In this document: positions 61,601-64,000 of the stretch, in pieces
Numbering within the stretch: position 1 is the stretch's first letter
How the letters are laid out: the number at the start of each line of letters is the position of its first letter
DNA from: Raillietiella orientalis
Taxonomy: Eukaryota
NCBI GenBank assembly: GCA_036172245.1
Contig: JAYWIR010000033.1
Location: forward strand, 1,922,001 to 1,986,000
Reading direction: 5' to 3'
Length of the DNA stretch: 64,000 bases
Position numbers and translations under genes: made by a program
Notes under the pieces: model-generated
What the model saw: only the letters and a program-made list of their open reading frames with translations
The model's database searches: none
What the model was told of the DNA's origin: nothing

Positions 61601-64000
61601 TTTCACCGAAAGCGTCAGAGAACACCGAAAACTGAGTTCGGACCAAAAAGGGAAGAAGGGAAGAAAAGGGATTTTCTTTCCTTCCTTGGAGGCGGGCGAC
61701 CTGGAGGGCAGCTAGAGGATCCTGTGGAACACGTCAGCAGAAAACAGCACTAAGGTTTTCCAGGAGCAAAGTGTAAGACACCCGCAATGCAGATCATTAT
61801 TCCTGTGGTTTGAAGCGGCTTTCCATCATCCATTCAGGTATAATGGAATGGCTTCCGCAATCTATTCATTAGCTCTCCTCGGAAACCAATCTTTTGTTTG
61901 CGCTCTCCGCATTAGGAACTGGCGTTTACTAATAAATTCCGAATTGGACCCGGACGCAAAAAGTAAAAACAAGGAATTCAGCGCACTGCAAGCAATAAAT
62001 CAGCTAAGGAGAAAGAACTGCGCCGATTCATCCCAGTTGCCATAGAAACAGATGACGTTGCTTTTATTTCTGTTTACTTGTTGAGCAGAAGAGAGGATGG
62101 GCAGCGGCTCCAAACTCGCGGAGCGGACACAGATGTCCTCAGAGAACGGTGGGAGCTGAAACATCATTCTGAATAGATCCACGGGGCCCCCCTCCCGTTA
62201 AGTAGATGGATCCACGAGGCGCTTTGTCATCCAAACTCATCGTGGGACCTCATTTCTAAATCGCTGATGACTCGGAAGGAAAGCAGCCTGAGATCCCTTC
62301 GAGAACCGAAGCTGCCACGACTGTGGACCAGCGTCCGTCCGGTCGACCACGAGAGCGCATCAACGAAATTCGCAAACCCATCCTTCATGCGATCGCGCAT
62401 GTGCACAGCCCACGGTGTTCCTCCTCGCGCCGAAGAAAAGGGCCAAACGAGGGAGAGCTTATCTGAGGCTGGGCACACCGTGCTGCCTTTTCTCAGGATC
62501 CCCCCAAACACTGTGCTCTTCTCTCCCGGAAGAGGCTGCCCGGAAATTCCTTACACGCCAGCCACGCGACGTTCGGCACCACTGAGCTCTCTGCGTTCGG
62601 AGGAATGCAACCTTCTTTGTGCTGATGATACACGGTGCTTGGAGATTAATTGCGCCAGATGTACACCGGGATTGACTGCGTTCTTCCTCGCAGTCCCGAA
62701 TCTCTTTCAGCGAGAATCGGCGAGTTTGTTCGCTGCAGTGAGGGTCGTGGGTCGGCGCGTGTTGACAGAAGCGCACCCGGGAATCCTTCGAAAGGGAGAG
62801 GAAGGGTGTGAGAAGCCATGGCTCGCTTAGCAGCTGCTCCCGAGAGGGTCAAGTGAGCCAAGTGAATCCCAGAGACGCATCCATTTTCCCCAAATTATGC
62901 CGTGGGTGTTCCCTGAACACACCCGAAGAGCCATTGCAGCACCTCCCGATGACTTGGGATTATCCAAATCTGCGTCCCACCCTCCTCGGAAGAGCACTTT
63001 TCATGATTATGGCGGACTCCGCTGAGGGTGCCATCGGGAAGGACTCCAATGAAACGGCAAAGGGAAGAAATGCCTGAACCGTTGGAAAAACAGAAAGCTG
63101 AAGGCAGGAACACCAACGGCAGAGGCCTTCCTATGTGAATACAGGATGAATCTTGGATTGAAGAAGCTCCGGAAACGGTCCCACCCTCCATCTCGCCTGC
63201 CTCATCCGCAGAATCACCAGTGTGGAAAATCATGTGATGCCGTCGGCTCCATGGCAACATTGCGGGGCAAAGTTTCGAAATCCGCGTGTGAGATGGGTGA
63301 TTCCTCAACGTCAGGAAGGCCACGCCACGTCTCAGAATGCAGTGCTTTGCGGGCGCCAATGCACATCGGACCATCAAAAAGAAGCACGTAAATGTCTCTG
63401 CTGACGACTTGATCGCGAACGCATTGGTTATCTGTACGCTTTCTCCTGGTTCCAAGTTCCAGCTTCCCGGGTTACGGCCAGCTTTTTCATCCGAAATGCA
63501 CACTGCTCACTGGGCTCCATTAAAAGTTCAATCTCCAGCCAGGGAGCACCATGTATCACACGTGGACGGCTTCCATGGTGGCTTGCGCCCTATTTACCGA
63601 CCGGTCTTGCAGCTTGCGAAGATGACTGCAGATTTACAAATGCCTTCGAGATTTACCACAACGGCAAACCCACGGAAAAAAAAAAAGAAAAAGAAAAACA
63701 TCAGCAAATCATAAATGCTACTGAGTTGCTGAAAAGTTGCCTCGCCGTTTTCGTGCGGCGGAATTTGACCACCGTGGCTGAGGTCTACGGAGGAAGATGT
63801 TTTCGCCATGTTTCCAGTGCCCTTTGGATGCTCTCACGACTCACTTGGTTGTGCCAAACCTGCGCTCTGGAACTTTCTGCGCCTCCCCGTTTTGCGAACG
63901 AGCAGCCCCCAAAAGACGCCGAAACGTGCGATCACCGTATTTCGTACAAACACGTACACCGCAACACCCTCAAGTGTGCAGCTCGCATCCGCAATTCAGA

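Noticed and set aside
62258..62325. Hammerhead-like CTGATGA...GAAA with GCAGC/GCTGC stem
   Set aside because: Stem II is only 2 bp with the wrong closing pair and the conserved U before the cleavage site is a C.
1..64000. Long ORFs in the supplied track (e.g. 28833..29762, 58375..59268, 60759..61646, 23350..24147, 54975..55736)
   Set aside because: No recognisable protein family. They are R/S/P/G-rich frames typical of GC-rich decayed TE DNA, often antisense to the motif-bearing strand.

Overview
Eukaryotic (invertebrate animal, probably arthropod-like) genomic DNA. The only intact host gene I can support is a four-exon NDUFS4 (complex I 18 kDa subunit) on the + strand: join(17516..17571,17679..17823,21469..21644,21693..21870), 184 aa. 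It lies in an AT-rich island (~15.3-22 kb) with a CpG-depleted gene body. Most of the rest is GC-richer DNA containing heavily decayed non-LTR retrotransposon fragments, recognised only by eye from broken motifs. These are three NeSL/Utopia-type restriction-like-endonuclease (RLE) elements and many Tx1/L1-like APE, RT and zinc-finger remnants. There is also a 130-bp piggyBac-type MITE, a 50-bp-arm hairpin and a (TA/CA)n low-complexity block. Three observations stand out. (i) A 584-bp near-identical block and a 196-bp ~94% block are each shared by two otherwise strongly diverged LINE relics, suggesting ectopic gene conversion or an assembly artefact. (ii) A candidate degenerate HDV-like ribozyme fold lies at 28637-28706, but it has a serious coding-remnant alternative explanation. 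(iii) There are two templated-insertion repair scars. Nearly all ORFs in the supplied track look spurious. Relic boundaries are approximate and no database searches were run.
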